DNA from: an uncultured Candidatus Saccharibacteria bacterium
GTDB taxonomy: Bacteria > Patescibacteriota > Minisyncoccia > Phycocordibacterales > UBA6899
NCBI GenBank assembly: GCA_964469335.1
Contig: CAYXYK010000003.1
Span: forward strand, 196,674 to 260,673
Direction of reading: 5' to 3'
DNA length: 64,000 nt
Shown here piece by piece: positions 1-9,738 of this stretch (its first letter is position 1; the number at the start of each line of letters is the position of its first letter). The notes beneath the pieces are model-generated. The model did not search any database. It saw only the letters and a list, made by a program, of their open reading frames with translations, and had not been told where the DNA came from. The translations under genes were made by a program, and so were the position numbers.

Positions 1-1233
1 GGTTACCTTACCCGCCGCCTCGTCGATGTGTCACAGGACGTGATCATCCTCGAAGAGGACTGTGGCGAGAAGGAAGGCATCCGCCTCACGGTCGAGAACG
101 CATCCGGTATCGAGATCACTCTCGCACGCTCCACCCGCGGTCGCGTCCTCGCAAAGGATGTCCACGGCAAGGACGGCAGCGTCATCTACAAGAAGGGAAC
201 GCTCCTCGGTCGTGACGAAGCTGCCAAGATCCACAAGGAAGGCGCCGTCGAGGCATTCGTCCGCTCTCCGCTCACCTGTAAGACCCTCCGCGGTGTCTGC
301 CAGAAGTGTTACGGTATGGACCTCTCACGCGGTGTCCTCGTCGCGATGGGCGAGACCGTCGGTATCGTCGCCGCACAGGCGATCGGTGAGCCGGGTACCC
401 AGCTCACGATGCGTACCTTCCACGCCGGTGGTGCCGCAGGTGAAGACATCACCATGGGTCTCCCTCGTGTCGAAGACATCTTCGAGCGCCAGACCCCGAA
501 GGCACAGGCAGTCGTCTGTAAGATCGACGGTGTTGTCTCTGACATCAAGCACGGCGAGAAGGATGATCTCATCATCGTTGTCCTCGGCGAAGCAGCAGGC
601 AAGAAGACCGGCGAGGCCAAGGAAGTCGAGCACTCAGTCTCGTTCCGCCGCTCACCGATAGTGAAGGCAGGGGATACGGTCAAGGCCGGAGACCTCCTCA
701 CCAACGGGTACGCCGACATCGACGAACTGTTCAAGTACGGTGGTGTCGACCTCGCACAGCGCTACATCATCTCCGAGATCAACAAGATCTATGAGACCCA
801 GGGTGCATCGATCTCCCGCAAGCACTGTGAAGTGATCGTTCGCCAGATGTTCTCTCGCCGCAAGGTGAAGGTGACTGGTGACACGCGCTTCGCGATCGGC
901 GAGATTGTCGAAGAGGCGGAGCTCGCTATTGAGAACGCTCGTGTCGAGGCACTCGGCAAGGAACCGGCAAAGGGCGACAACCTCGTCCTCGGTATCACCG
1001 AAGTCGCACTCACCAAGGAGTCGTTCCTCTCAGCAGCATCGTTCCAGAACACCTCACGCGTCCTCATCGAGGCAGCAGTCCAGGGTTCGACCGACAGACT
1101 CTACGGTCTCAAGGAGAACGTGATCTTGGGTCGCCTTATCCCTGCAGGAACAGGGTTCCATACGAATCTGGTTCCGGTTGAAGAAGACGACGAATACTCG
1201 AACGAACCCCCACGCGAAATCATCCAGGCTTAG
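1..1233 (+). CDS. rpoC: DNA-directed RNA polymerase subunit beta' (C-terminal part; 5' end lies outside the window)
   Basis: Reading frame is open from nt 1 (GYLTRRLVDVSQDV...). Conserved beta' C-terminal motifs GETVGIVAAQAIGEPGTQLTMRTFHAGG and NVILGRLIPAGTG are present. The ORF track lists only the part from the first internal Met (28..1233). Confidence 0.9.
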   Translation, partial: GYLTRRLVDVSQDVIILEEDCGEKEGIRLTVENASGIEITLARSTRGRVLAKDVHGKDGSVIYKKGTLLGRDEAAKIHKEGAVEAFVRSPLTCKTLRGVCQKCYGMDLSRGVLVAMGETVGIVAAQAIGEPGTQLTMRTFHAGGAAGEDITMGLPRVEDIFERQTPKAQAVVCKIDGVVSDIKHGEKDDLIIVVLGEAAGKKTGEAKEVEHSVSFRRSPIVKAGDTVKAGDLLTNGYADIDELFKYGGVDLAQRYIISEINKIYETQGASISRKHCEVIVRQMFSRRKVKVTGDTRFAIGEIVEEAELAIENARVEALGKEPAKGDNLVLGITEVALTKESFLSAASFQNTSRVLIEAAVQGSTDRLYGLKENVILGRLIPAGTGFHTNLVPVEEDDEYSNEPPREIIQA

Positions 1234-1237
1234 GTAA

Positions 1238-1350
1238 GTTTTATATTGGGCGATATGCTCGTCCTTCCCGCAGCGAATCTCCTCACCGTACGATAAGTAC
1301 GGCTCAGAGATTCGCTTCGGTCCAGGACGTCGCATCTCATCCCAATATAA
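1238..1350. repeat. Nested inverted repeats forming a long stem-loop in the rpoC-dnaG intergenic region
   Basis: gttttatattggg (1238) pairs with cccaatataaaac (1338). Inner pair gcgaatctc/gagattcgc; innermost ccgtacgataagtacgg palindrome. Confidence 0.5.
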
Positions 1351-1723
1351 AACTTCCGAGATACAGTACTTCGCAATTCATCCCAAAATGAATTTCCGCT
1401 AAGGGGTAGGGAATCCCAATCTAAAACTTCCCGAATTCGGAATTTTGTAAATTTGTGCACTGTGCAGAATCGCTTCGCTCTTTCGTTCGCATGAAACTAT
1501 AATGAATACTATAAAGCTACAAAGCTCAGGAACGCCCAACTGTGGCCTTTGTAGTACCTGGTCGAATGTATTCATATTTAACACTACTCTAAATAAAGCT
1601 TTGAAAATTTCGATGTAGCGCGAGGCGGAGCCGAGGAGGTACTCGAGACGTACGGAGGTGTACGTTGAGAGGCCACCGCAGGCGACAACGACGCGAAACG
1701 CGAAATTTGCAAAGCGACTCAGC

Positions 1724-3511
1724 ATGTCAACGCCAGTAGAACAGATAAAGGAAAAGTTGAGCATAGTCGACGTTGTCGGCTCATATATCAAACTCACGAA
1801 AGCGGGTTCGAGCTACAAAGCTATCTGCCCGTTCCACTCCGAGAAATCTCCCTCCTTCAACGTCTCACCATCACGGCAGGCGTTCTACTGCTTCGGCTGC
1901 AACAAGGGAGGGGACATGTTCAACTTCGTCGAGGAGATCGAGGGAGTCGAGTTCTTTGACGCACTCAAGATACTCGCCGCCCGCGCAGGGGTAGAGCTCA
2001 AGCGTGACGAGAAGTCGGAGCAGAGTCGCACCGAGCGTGACCGCCTGCTTACGCTCATGGAAGATGTGACCAAGTTCTATGAGCGTCACCTCCTCACCAA
2101 CCACGAGGTCAAGGATTATCTCGTCGGGCGTGGTCTCACTGAAGAGACCGTCCGCTCATTCCGCATCGGCTATGCGCCAAACGAGTGGCGCCTCGCCTAC
2201 GACCATTTGAAGGGGAAGGGGTACAGCGACTCCGAGATCGAGAAGGCGGGACTCATCAAACCGACTGAAGGCAAGTCTCCGTACGACCGCTTCCGTGGCC
2301 GCGTCATGTTCCCGATCTTCGATCAGAACGGCGCACCGATCGCATTCTCGGGCCGTGTCTTCGGCGAGCAGAAGAATCAGGACGGCACCGACGTCGCCAA
2401 GTACATCAACTCGCCGGAGGGACCTCTCTATGACAAGGGTGCGGTGATGTTCGGCTACGACCGCGCACGGAAGGCGATCCGCGAGATGAATTTCACCATT
2501 CTTGTCGAAGGGCAGATGGACCTCATCATGAGTCACCAGGCCGGCACCCTAAATACCGTCGCGGTCTCTGGCACCGCGCTCACCGAAAGACACCTCAATC
2601 TGTTGAAGCGCCTCTCCGACAATCTCGTGTTCGCATTCGACGCCGACGACGCGGGACTTTCCGCGACCGCCCGCGCATTCCGCCTCGCGATCGGCATCGG
2701 CATGAACGTCCGTGTCGCCGCCATTCCGGACGGCAAAGATCCCGCCGACTATATCAAAGGTCACAAGGACGGGTGGTCGAAGGTTATTGCAGAGTCGACC
2801 CACATCATCGACTTCTATTTGAGCGCGCTCGGCAAGAAGAATCTCGACGCACGCAGCTTCCGCGAAGAAGTGGGGGAGAAGGTACTCCCGCTCCTTCTCG
2901 AGATGCCGTCGAAGATCGAGGAAGCACATTTCATCATCGAGATCGCCAGGAAGCTCGGCGTTCCCGACACCGCGGTGTGGGAAGACGTGAAGCGGCTCGA
3001 ACTTGCTGCCGACAAGGTCGCGCCGATGCGCGAAGTGCCCACCGCCGAACGAAAGTCGAACGACTCGATAAAGAGCCGTCGTCAAGTTGCCGAGGAAGAG
3101 ATTATCGGTATTCTCATATGGCAGGAGGGGCACCCGGAGCCGGCGATAGATGTCATCGTGCATCGCACCGAATATCACGAACGCATTGGGCAGCACGGTC
3201 TCACTCCGCACGAACCGCCCGATGAAGAGAAGGACAAGCTCGCGCTCAAGGCAGAATACAAGTATGAGCATGGCCCCAAGCTCGCGCAGTCCGTCGACGA
3301 ACTCCTCGACACCATCGAAGAAGAGGTCCTCAAGGAGAAGCAGGCAGAGTTGTGGCAGAAGCTCAGCGACGCGGAAGCCCGCATGGCCAAGGATGAAGCG
3401 AAAGAGTACCTCAAAGCCTATCAGTCCATCACTCCGCAGATCATCGCACTGGAAGATCGAAGGATAAAGCGCGGAGATATTAATACTGTCGATGTAAAGA
3501 AACCGAGATGA
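1724..3511 (+). CDS. dnaG: DNA primase DnaG
   Basis: CHC2 zinc finger CPFHSEKSPSFNVSPSRQAFYCFGCNKGGD; Toprim region EGQMDLIMSHQAG and FAFDADDAG. Start set at ATG 1724 (MSTPVEQIKEKLSIVDVV), which is inside ORF-track entry 1658..3511. Confidence 0.85.
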   Translation: MSTPVEQIKEKLSIVDVVGSYIKLTKAGSSYKAICPFHSEKSPSFNVSPSRQAFYCFGCNKGGDMFNFVEEIEGVEFFDALKILAARAGVELKRDEKSEQSRTERDRLLTLMEDVTKFYERHLLTNHEVKDYLVGRGLTEETVRSFRIGYAPNEWRLAYDHLKGKGYSDSEIEKAGLIKPTEGKSPYDRFRGRVMFPIFDQNGAPIAFSGRVFGEQKNQDGTDVAKYINSPEGPLYDKGAVMFGYDRARKAIREMNFTILVEGQMDLIMSHQAGTLNTVAVSGTALTERHLNLLKRLSDNLVFAFDADDAGLSATARAFRLAIGIGMNVRVAAIPDGKDPADYIKGHKDGWSKVIAESTHIIDFYLSALGKKNLDARSFREEVGEKVLPLLLEMPSKIEEAHFIIEIARKLGVPDTAVWEDVKRLELAADKVAPMREVPTAERKSNDSIKSRRQVAEEEIIGILIWQEGHPEPAIDVIVHRTEYHERIGQHGLTPHEPPDEEKDKLALKAEYKYEHGPKLAQSVDELLDTIEEEVLKEKQAELWQKLSDAEARMAKDEAKEYLKAYQSITPQIIALEDRRIKRGDINTVDVKKPR

Positions 3512-3614
3512 TATGACCGAAACCTTGAGAGACAGAAAACATTTTATATGAAAAACCTCATGACAACCTCATTACAAACCCATAGAACTAGCTCGTACGA
3601 CTAACAACAAACCC

Positions 3615-4988
3615 ATGGCAGCAAAAACAAAAAAAGCAGTGAAGAAGGCAGCACCAAAGAAAGCAGCGAAAAAGGCCGCAAAGCCTGCAAAGAAGCCGGT
3701 GGCAAAGAAAGCTACCAAGGTAGTTACAAAGAAGCCTGCAAAGGCCTCTAAAACCCCTAAAAAGGCTGCTAAACCAGAGAAAAAGGCGAAGGCAGGAAAA
3801 CCCACCAAAGCCACAAAGGTCGCTAAAGCGGCTAAACCTGAGAAAGCAAAGAAGCCCGAGAAGCCGATCAAGTTCGCCCCGCCTCCAAAGAAGACCATGA
3901 CCAAGGAGCGCAAAGCACTTGAGCACAAGCTCACCGTTCTTCTCAATAAGGGTCGCGACCGCGGCTTCATCACTTTCGACGAGATCCTGCGCGTCTTCCC
4001 GGAGATCGAGAACAATGTCGACTTCCTCGAAGAGATCTACGAGCGCATGGGCGTGATGGGTATCGACATCCTCGAGTCAGGCGGTCTTCTCGACGCTGAC
4101 CCGGTCGAAGAGCCGGTCAACACCGGCGCGTCACGCAAGTATCTGACGACCAAGTCTTCACCATACGACTCGACCCAGATGTACCTCCGCGAGATCGGTC
4201 AGTATCCACTCCTCGCTGCACGCGACGAGCGCGAACTCGCTCAGCGCATTCAGGCAGGTGACCCGGAGGCAAAGAATCTCTTGGCTCGTGCCAACCTCCG
4301 CCTCGTGGTCTCGGTCGCAAAGAAGTATGTCGGCCGCTCACCTGACCTCACGCTCCTCGACCTCATTCAGGAAGGAAACCTTGGCCTCTTCCGCGCCGTC
4401 GACAAGTTCGACTGGTCAAAGGGCTACAAGTTCTCGACCTATGCGACCTGGTGGATCCGCCAAGCGATCACCCGCGCGCTCGCAGACCAGAGCCGCACCA
4501 TCCGCATCCCGGTCCACATGGTGGAAACGATTGCGAAATACAAGCAGGTGGTCCGCCGCCTCACCCAGGACCTCGGCCGCGAGCCGATGGCCGAGGAAGT
4601 CTCGACCGAAATGGGCATCGACGTCGAGCGCGTCCGCATCATCGAGAACATCGACCAGGATACCGTTTCACTCGAGAAGCCGATCGGCGACGACGAGGAC
4701 AAATCAACGCTTGGAGAGTTCATCGCCGATGACAAGATTCTTTCACCGGATCAGGAGGCATCGCGTAGAATTCTTGCCGACCAGGTAGGGGAGATACTCG
4801 GCGACCTTTCACCAAAAGAACGCAAAATCCTCGAAATGCGTCACGGTCTCCTCGATGGTGTGACTCATACGTTGGAGGAAGTTGGTAAGGAGTTTGGCGT
4901 GACCCGCGAACGTATACGCCAAATCGAAGCCAAGGCGCACGAGAAGATTAGGCAACACGGGAACATCAATAAGCTCAGAAGTTACTAG
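3615..4988 (+). CDS. rpoD: Primary RNA polymerase sigma factor (sigma-70 family) with a Lys/Ala/Pro-rich histone-H1-like N-terminal extension
   Basis: Regions 2-4: [50 protein letters not shown], and C-terminal [24 protein letters not shown]. First ~95 aa are KKAAK/AKKP repeats. Confidence 0.9.
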   Translation: MAAKTKKAVKKAAPKKAAKKAAKPAKKPVAKKATKVVTKKPAKASKTPKKAAKPEKKAKAGKPTKATKVAKAAKPEKAKKPEKPIKFAPPPKKTMTKERKALEHKLTVLLNKGRDRGFITFDEILRVFPEIENNVDFLEEIYERMGVMGIDILESGGLLDADPVEEPVNTGASRKYLTTKSSPYDSTQMYLREIGQYPLLAARDERELAQRIQAGDPEAKNLLARANLRLVVSVAKKYVGRSPDLTLLDLIQEGNLGLFRAVDKFDWSKGYKFSTYATWWIRQAITRALADQSRTIRIPVHMVETIAKYKQVVRRLTQDLGREPMAEEVSTEMGIDVERVRIIENIDQDTVSLEKPIGDDEDKSTLGEFIADDKILSPDQEASRRILADQVGEILGDLSPKERKILEMRHGLLDGVTHTLEEVGKEFGVTRERIRQIEAKAHEKIRQHGNINKLRSY

Positions 4989-5002
4989 AGCAAAAAATAC
5001 AA

Positions 5003-5040
5003 AAAGACTGCCGAACTCAAAGGCAGTCTTTTTGTATTTC
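5003..5040 (+). terminator. Rho-independent terminator after rpoD
   Basis: agactgcc-gaactcaaa-ggcagtct hairpin followed by ttttgtattt. Confidence 0.6.
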
Positions 5041-5186
5041 GTAACTTCTGAGCTTGTAGAGCAAAGCGTTCAAATTTTGCGACCTCCTAGGTTTTCCCTC
5101 GGAAAGCTCTTCACCGTACCACCTGTACGGCTCCTCGCTTTTCTCAGTCCAAACCGTCGGATCTCATCAAAATTATGAACGCTTGA

Positions 5187-5438
5187 TTATGGGTATAGAG
5201 GATAAACCTCGCCATGATTAGGAGTTGCTGGGTACTGCGGATTGCAACTGCGTACCCAATCCCATTCATGCGCATTCAAGACGGCATCACCCTCGCATCC
5301 CTCATAGGGGCACATTTCATATGCTTCGCCGGACATAACAATCATCCGGTATTTGCCCGCCTCATAAGTTCGTTCACAATGCATACACCAAAGAATAGTG
5401 CCCTCGGGAGACTTCCCGAAAATTTCTTCTCGATCCAT
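5187..5438 (-). CDS. Small Cys-rich hypothetical protein (putative zinc ribbon)
   Basis: 83 aa with CMHC...CPYEGCEG cysteine pairs; no recognised family. Confidence 0.4.
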   Translation of the reverse strand: MDREEIFGKSPEGTILWCMHCERTYEAGKYRMIVMSGEAYEMCPYEGCEGDAVLNAHEWDWVRSCNPQYPATPNHGEVYPLYP

Positions 5439-5734
5439 ATAATTTCAAAACTATTCAATAAAAACGTACAATTTTTGTGGGATATACTCCGGGATTTTTG
5501 CCTCAGTCGAGCCCCTATATTGCCTAGAATGATACGCTTCTTACTGCTCGGGAGCAAATGCACTCTTTTTGTGAGGCAATTTAGCCCCCAGAAGCCTATT
5601 CCAGAGCCTGTTTTTAATGGCTTCCACACTGCATTTTGAGCTGTATGGTACACACCTGTGCGGGTATCGTCGTTCCTAGGCCACCCCAGAATACAAAGGG
5701 CATATCATAGGCCGATTTCTGCTAAAATATACTG

Positions 5735-6445
5735 ATGGATGAAACTTCGAATACCGTGACGAATACGGACAGCGCACCGCCGAGTGCCGAAGAGACCGTA
5801 GTCGAGCCAGTCGCAGCGGAAGTTGTGTCCACCGTCGCGCCTGCCTCAACAGGCGAGCCAGAGGTTGCCGATGTGCCCGTCATACAGGTTGAGGCTCCTG
5901 CGCCCGAAGCATCGCAACCGGAAGCGAGTGGAAACGAAAATACGCTCGATAGTGAGCCTGACCCAGAAACCCCTGCACCTACTCCAACGCCTCAAGTCGT
6001 CGAACGCATCGTCGAAAAATTTGTCGAAAAAGAAGTGGTGAAAGAAGTGCCAGTCGAAAAGATCGTCGAACGCATCGTCGAGAAACCTGTTGAAGTGATC
6101 AAAGAAATTCCCGTCGAGAAAATAGTCTACAAAGAAGCCGAGCCGACGGATGCATCGCTGCGTGCCTATCTCGCGAGCTTCTTAAGGAGAGTTGGGCCGA
6201 AGGGGAGAGCCGCTCAGCACGAGCGTGCTCAAAAGAAGCGCGAAGCTGTACTCAAACTCTTTGACACCCATGAGCATGTCACTCACAAACTCGTCATGGA
6301 GACACTCAAGTTCACTGATCGAGATGCATCCCGCATCCTCGCCACCCTGCGCAGCGAAGGCAAGATAACGCTCCATGAACCCTCAGCTAGCCACCACGGC
6401 GGCAAAGGTACCTTCTATTCGAGATCGACTTCCGCAACGAAGTGA
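5735..6445 (+). CDS. Acidic tandem-repeat protein, hypothetical
   Basis: N-terminal acidic, proline-rich region, then repeated VEKIVERIVEKPVEV-like units, then a basic C-terminal domain. No family recognised. Confidence 0.5.
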   Translation: MDETSNTVTNTDSAPPSAEETVVEPVAAEVVSTVAPASTGEPEVADVPVIQVEAPAPEASQPEASGNENTLDSEPDPETPAPTPTPQVVERIVEKFVEKEVVKEVPVEKIVERIVEKPVEVIKEIPVEKIVYKEAEPTDASLRAYLASFLRRVGPKGRAAQHERAQKKREAVLKLFDTHEHVTHKLVMETLKFTDRDASRILATLRSEGKITLHEPSASHHGGKGTFYSRSTSATK

Positions 6446-6610
6446 GGAAGGCGAGTCGTGACTGGCATCTCCGGTGGGCGATACTTCTACGAAAAAGCTA
6501 AACCTGGTGTTGGGGGTCTTCCCACAACTTGGCTTATACAAAATCGCCGTCGGATACGAAGTAGGGAAACACACCCTCAAAGGGAACCCCACCCCCTAGG
6601 CCACCCCAGA

Positions 6611-6640
6611 GCCCCAGAACGTACTTCTGGGGCGCTTTTG
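6611..6640 (+). terminator. Putative intrinsic terminator
   Basis: ccccagaa-cgtac-ttctgggg hairpin followed by cgcttttg, about 165 nt downstream of the 5735..6445 gene. Confidence 0.45.
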
Positions 6641-6836
6641 CAAATACCGCTCAAGGGCACTCCTCGCTGCCGCCTCGCACTGCATCCCAAATTCCGCGTC
6701 CCACGATAAGTAGGTGAGACACGGTTCTATTGTCTAAGCAATTCGTTTGCTTTAGTTAAATGAAATGCTAGGATAATCCGTATTACAGCCAGTGGCCCCT
6801 ATGTAGCTCTCTGACCGTCCAGATTATTTAGATTTT

Positions 6837-9035
6837 ATGCATCCCGCAAAAAAAATACTAAAATCATTCAAAATTGATGCACGTACAGTCATTAATCTTG
6901 GTCGTGATAGCATAAAAAATCCGACAACTGCGATTTTGGAACTAGTAAAAAATAGTTATGATGCAGACGCGACTATTGTTGAAGTAGTAATTGGAGAAAA
7001 TGATATTCGCATAGCAGACAATGGAGTGGGAATGACTGAGTCGCATCTTGAAAAAAATTGGCTACGTATTGGTTATTCTGAAAAGCGCAAAGAAAAAATA
7101 AGTAAAAAGTTCCGTCGTAAAACTGGGGAAAAAGGTATAGGGCGGCTCTCCACTGATAGGCTGGGCGAGTATCTTTCTCTTCGCACTAAGGCAGAAAATT
7201 CAAGCCCGCTTCAGATGAGCGTAGATTGGGAAAGTTTTAATGTTGAAGGAAAAGAGCTATCACAGATTCCAGTTGAAATCATTGAAATCTCCTCACTCGA
7301 AATCCCCGCATCTAAGAAAGGAGCGGGAACGGAAATCAATATTTCCCGCCTTCGACAAAAATGGAATAAAGCAGATATTGAGCAACTCTACAGTGAACTA
7401 ACTGGGCTCCTTTCGCCATTTGCTGGGACATCTGATTTTCAGATTTTTTTCCACAGTTATTTAGTAGAAGAATTAAATGGACCAGTTAGATCTTCATATT
7501 ACGAAGCAGCTGAGGTAGCAATAAAGGCAAAATTCTCCGGAAAACAAAATAAGATTGAGTATCAAATTATAGATATAAACGCAAGGAAAAAAAGTAAACC
7601 TAAGAAACAACACATAACATGGGATCAACTTTCCCAAAGATTAAATGCATCTGATATCGGCTTCAATCCTGATTTGGTATGCGGCCCAATTTCCCTAGAG
7701 ATTCTTTATTTTGGTAGAACCAAAAGTAATCCTTTGCTGGAAGAAAAGGGATTTACTCTTGCGGGGTTACGTCGTTTTCTTGATAAAAATCAGGGGATTA
7801 AAATATACAGAGACGGCATAAGTGTTAAGCCTTATGGTTACAACAATGAACCAGCTGGAGACTGGTTAGGGCTTGCGCACAGAAAAGAGCGTGACCCCGC
7901 TGGACTCCTGAGACCCTCATATAAGGTATCTTCATATCAGCTTGTTGGAGCTGTCTCAATGAGTAGAGACTTAAACCCACAATTGAGAGATGGAGCTTCT
8001 AGAGAGGGTTTTGTTGAAAATGAAGCCTTTAATGATTTACGTGCTCTTACTTTATCTTGTGTCACCTTGCTTGAAAAATATAGACACGAGAAGGCGGTAA
8101 AAGAAAAAAAGCTCTCGAAGTCTAAAAAAGGCCTATTGGAAGATGTGGAAGGGTATAAAGATGACCTTGAGAGTTTTCAGAAAAAACTTGAAGAATTAAA
8201 GAGTAGGCTAGAGAATGACAAAACAAAAGACAGTAAAGAATCTGTTGCTGAACTAGCAGAGGTTATTCAGCAAACAGAAGCGACAAAAAAAAGGGTTGAA
8301 GAACTTCTCGATAATAATCGAGTTCTGAGCGGTCTTGCCACTGTTGGTATCGCTGCTGCTGTCTTTGGCCACGAAACTCAAACTGCCGTCTCGCTTTTTA
8401 AATCCAGTGTTTCTGCGGCACAATCCTTCCTTACTTTGCGATCTGGTCCGAATACAAAAAAAGCACTGGAGCAGCTGACTGCCTCCTTGACATATGCTAA
8501 ACAAGTCTCTTCTTGGGGTGCTTTTGCTATGGCTCGTGTACGGAAAGATAAAAGAACCCGACAAAAAATAAATATTAAGAATACCATTGAAGCAGTACTC
8601 GATGAGGTTGAGGATGCTTTTGGGGTGATAAAAATTGAAATAATTAGAGAACTAAAAGAGGTCAATGCAAAAGCCTTTGTTATGGACATAGAATCAATTG
8701 TTTTGAACCTTATGACCAATGCATATACTGCGTGTACCCATTCCGCACACTCCCGGAAAGTGAGAGTAGAACTTACTCAAAAGAATGAAGGAGGGGTTGA
8801 GGGCTTTGAAATAGTAGTAGCGGATAGTGGCCCAGGGGTTGATAAAGCAATTTCGGATATGATTTGGGAGCCGCTTTATACCACAAAAAAGGACAAAACA
8901 GGCAGAGAAGATGGGACAGGCTTGGGGCTTACAATAGTCAAGACAACAGTAGAAGAATTAGGCGGAATTCGTGACGTTAACAAGGATCCTAAACTCAAAG
9001 GAGCTCGATTTCGCGTCTGGCTCCCCACTAATTAG
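6837..9035 (+). CDS. Cytoplasmic GHKL ATPase / histidine-kinase-like protein: N-terminal MORC-type HATPase_c_3-like module plus C-terminal HisKA-like and HATPase_c modules
   Basis: N-terminus ILELVKNSYDADATIVEVVIGENDIRIADNGVGMT...GEKGIGRLS (Bergerat-fold N and G1 boxes). Coiled coil around aa 420-500. Candidate H-box FGHETQTAV. C-terminus NLMTNAYTA...VVADSGPGVD...GTGLGLTIVKTTVEELGG (N, G1, G2 boxes). No transmembrane segment. Confidence 0.75.
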   Translation: MHPAKKILKSFKIDARTVINLGRDSIKNPTTAILELVKNSYDADATIVEVVIGENDIRIADNGVGMTESHLEKNWLRIGYSEKRKEKISKKFRRKTGEKGIGRLSTDRLGEYLSLRTKAENSSPLQMSVDWESFNVEGKELSQIPVEIIEISSLEIPASKKGAGTEINISRLRQKWNKADIEQLYSELTGLLSPFAGTSDFQIFFHSYLVEELNGPVRSSYYEAAEVAIKAKFSGKQNKIEYQIIDINARKKSKPKKQHITWDQLSQRLNASDIGFNPDLVCGPISLEILYFGRTKSNPLLEEKGFTLAGLRRFLDKNQGIKIYRDGISVKPYGYNNEPAGDWLGLAHRKERDPAGLLRPSYKVSSYQLVGAVSMSRDLNPQLRDGASREGFVENEAFNDLRALTLSCVTLLEKYRHEKAVKEKKLSKSKKGLLEDVEGYKDDLESFQKKLEELKSRLENDKTKDSKESVAELAEVIQQTEATKKRVEELLDNNRVLSGLATVGIAAAVFGHETQTAVSLFKSSVSAAQSFLTLRSGPNTKKALEQLTASLTYAKQVSSWGAFAMARVRKDKRTRQKINIKNTIEAVLDEVEDAFGVIKIEIIRELKEVNAKAFVMDIESIVLNLMTNAYTACTHSAHSRKVRVELTQKNEGGVEGFEIVVADSGPGVDKAISDMIWEPLYTTKKDKTGREDGTGLGLTIVKTTVEELGGIRDVNKDPKLKGARFRVWLPTN

Positions 9036-9039
9036 TGCT

Positions 9040-9738
9040 ATGGAAAAGATGAAGTTGGCAATAGTTGACGATCGAAAGGAAACAAGGAATGTCGTTGTTG
9101 ATGTTATTGCTAATGCACTCGACAATCTTGAGATGACTGGCAAATGGTCTGTTTTGGGGGTACCACCCCTGTCTACATTAAAGGAGTACCCAGAGTGGAT
9201 AATTAGGGAAAATGTAGGTATTTTAATCGTGGATGAAAGATTGGGAGAAGTTCCAAATGCCTCAGGCAAGATTGCGGATTACAAAGGGAGTGATTTGGTG
9301 GCATTGCTTCGAACACAGTATAAAGAAATGCCTATTTATGGTGTTACTGCGTATCATGCTGACGACTCCCTTCAAGAGCATTTCTCTCTTTTCGACGATG
9401 TTGTTGAAAGAAGTGACTTCGCAGCAAAAACAGTCCAGTATATTGGCAGATTCCTGAGAACATATCAAAATTTTTTTGAAGAAAACGAGAAAGAGCTCAC
9501 TGAGCTTTCAAAGATTTCAAAAAAAATTGCCATTGGTACTGCAAGCAAGTCTGAAAAAAATAGGGCAGAGGCGATACAGAGAAATCTCGAGATACCAGTT
9601 AGTACCATTTCTATTGCAAATAGAAAAGAATGGCTTGACGACTATGAAAAAATATTAAATATATTTACTGAAACGCAAAATAAAGCGAACAAAATTTTGG
9701 ACAAAAATAAAACAAAAATAAAAGATAAGAAAAAATGA
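9040..9738 (+). CDS. Receiver (REC) domain protein with a lysine-rich helical C-terminus
   Basis: KLAIVDDRKE (acidic pocket), ILIVDERLGE (candidate phospho-Asp) and YGVTAYH (conserved Thr). Start set at ATG 9040, 4 nt after the upstream stop; the ORF track gives 8971 as an alternative start. Confidence 0.55.
   Translation: MEKMKLAIVDDRKETRNVVVDVIANALDNLEMTGKWSVLGVPPLSTLKEYPEWIIRENVGILIVDERLGEVPNASGKIADYKGSDLVALLRTQYKEMPIYGVTAYHADDSLQEHFSLFDDVVERSDFAAKTVQYIGRFLRTYQNFFEENEKELTELSKISKKIAIGTASKSEKNRAEAIQRNLEIPVSTISIANRKEWLDDYEKILNIFTETQNKANKILDKNKTKIKDKKK

Noticed and set aside
3-1335. Multiple overlapping ORFs antisense to or out of frame with rpoC (3..185, 31..234, 62..661, 309..734, 325..633, 789..1067, 878..1123, 1054..1335)
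   Set aside because: They lie entirely within the rpoC coding frame, which carries unmistakable beta' motifs. Such long spurious ORFs are expected in GC-rich coding DNA.
3572-4015. Minus-strand ORFs 3572..4015 and 3588..3926 encoding Phe/Ala/Gly- or Cys/Leu-rich low-complexity proteins
   Set aside because: They are the antisense reading of the lysine/alanine repeat (AAG/GCN codons) at the start of rpoD, so they are compositional artefacts.
6458-6709. ORF 6458..6709 (+, 83 aa, Arg/Pro-rich)
   Set aside because: Low-complexity translation that spans a terminator hairpin and the island boundary, with no RBS. More likely 3' UTR or intergenic sequence.
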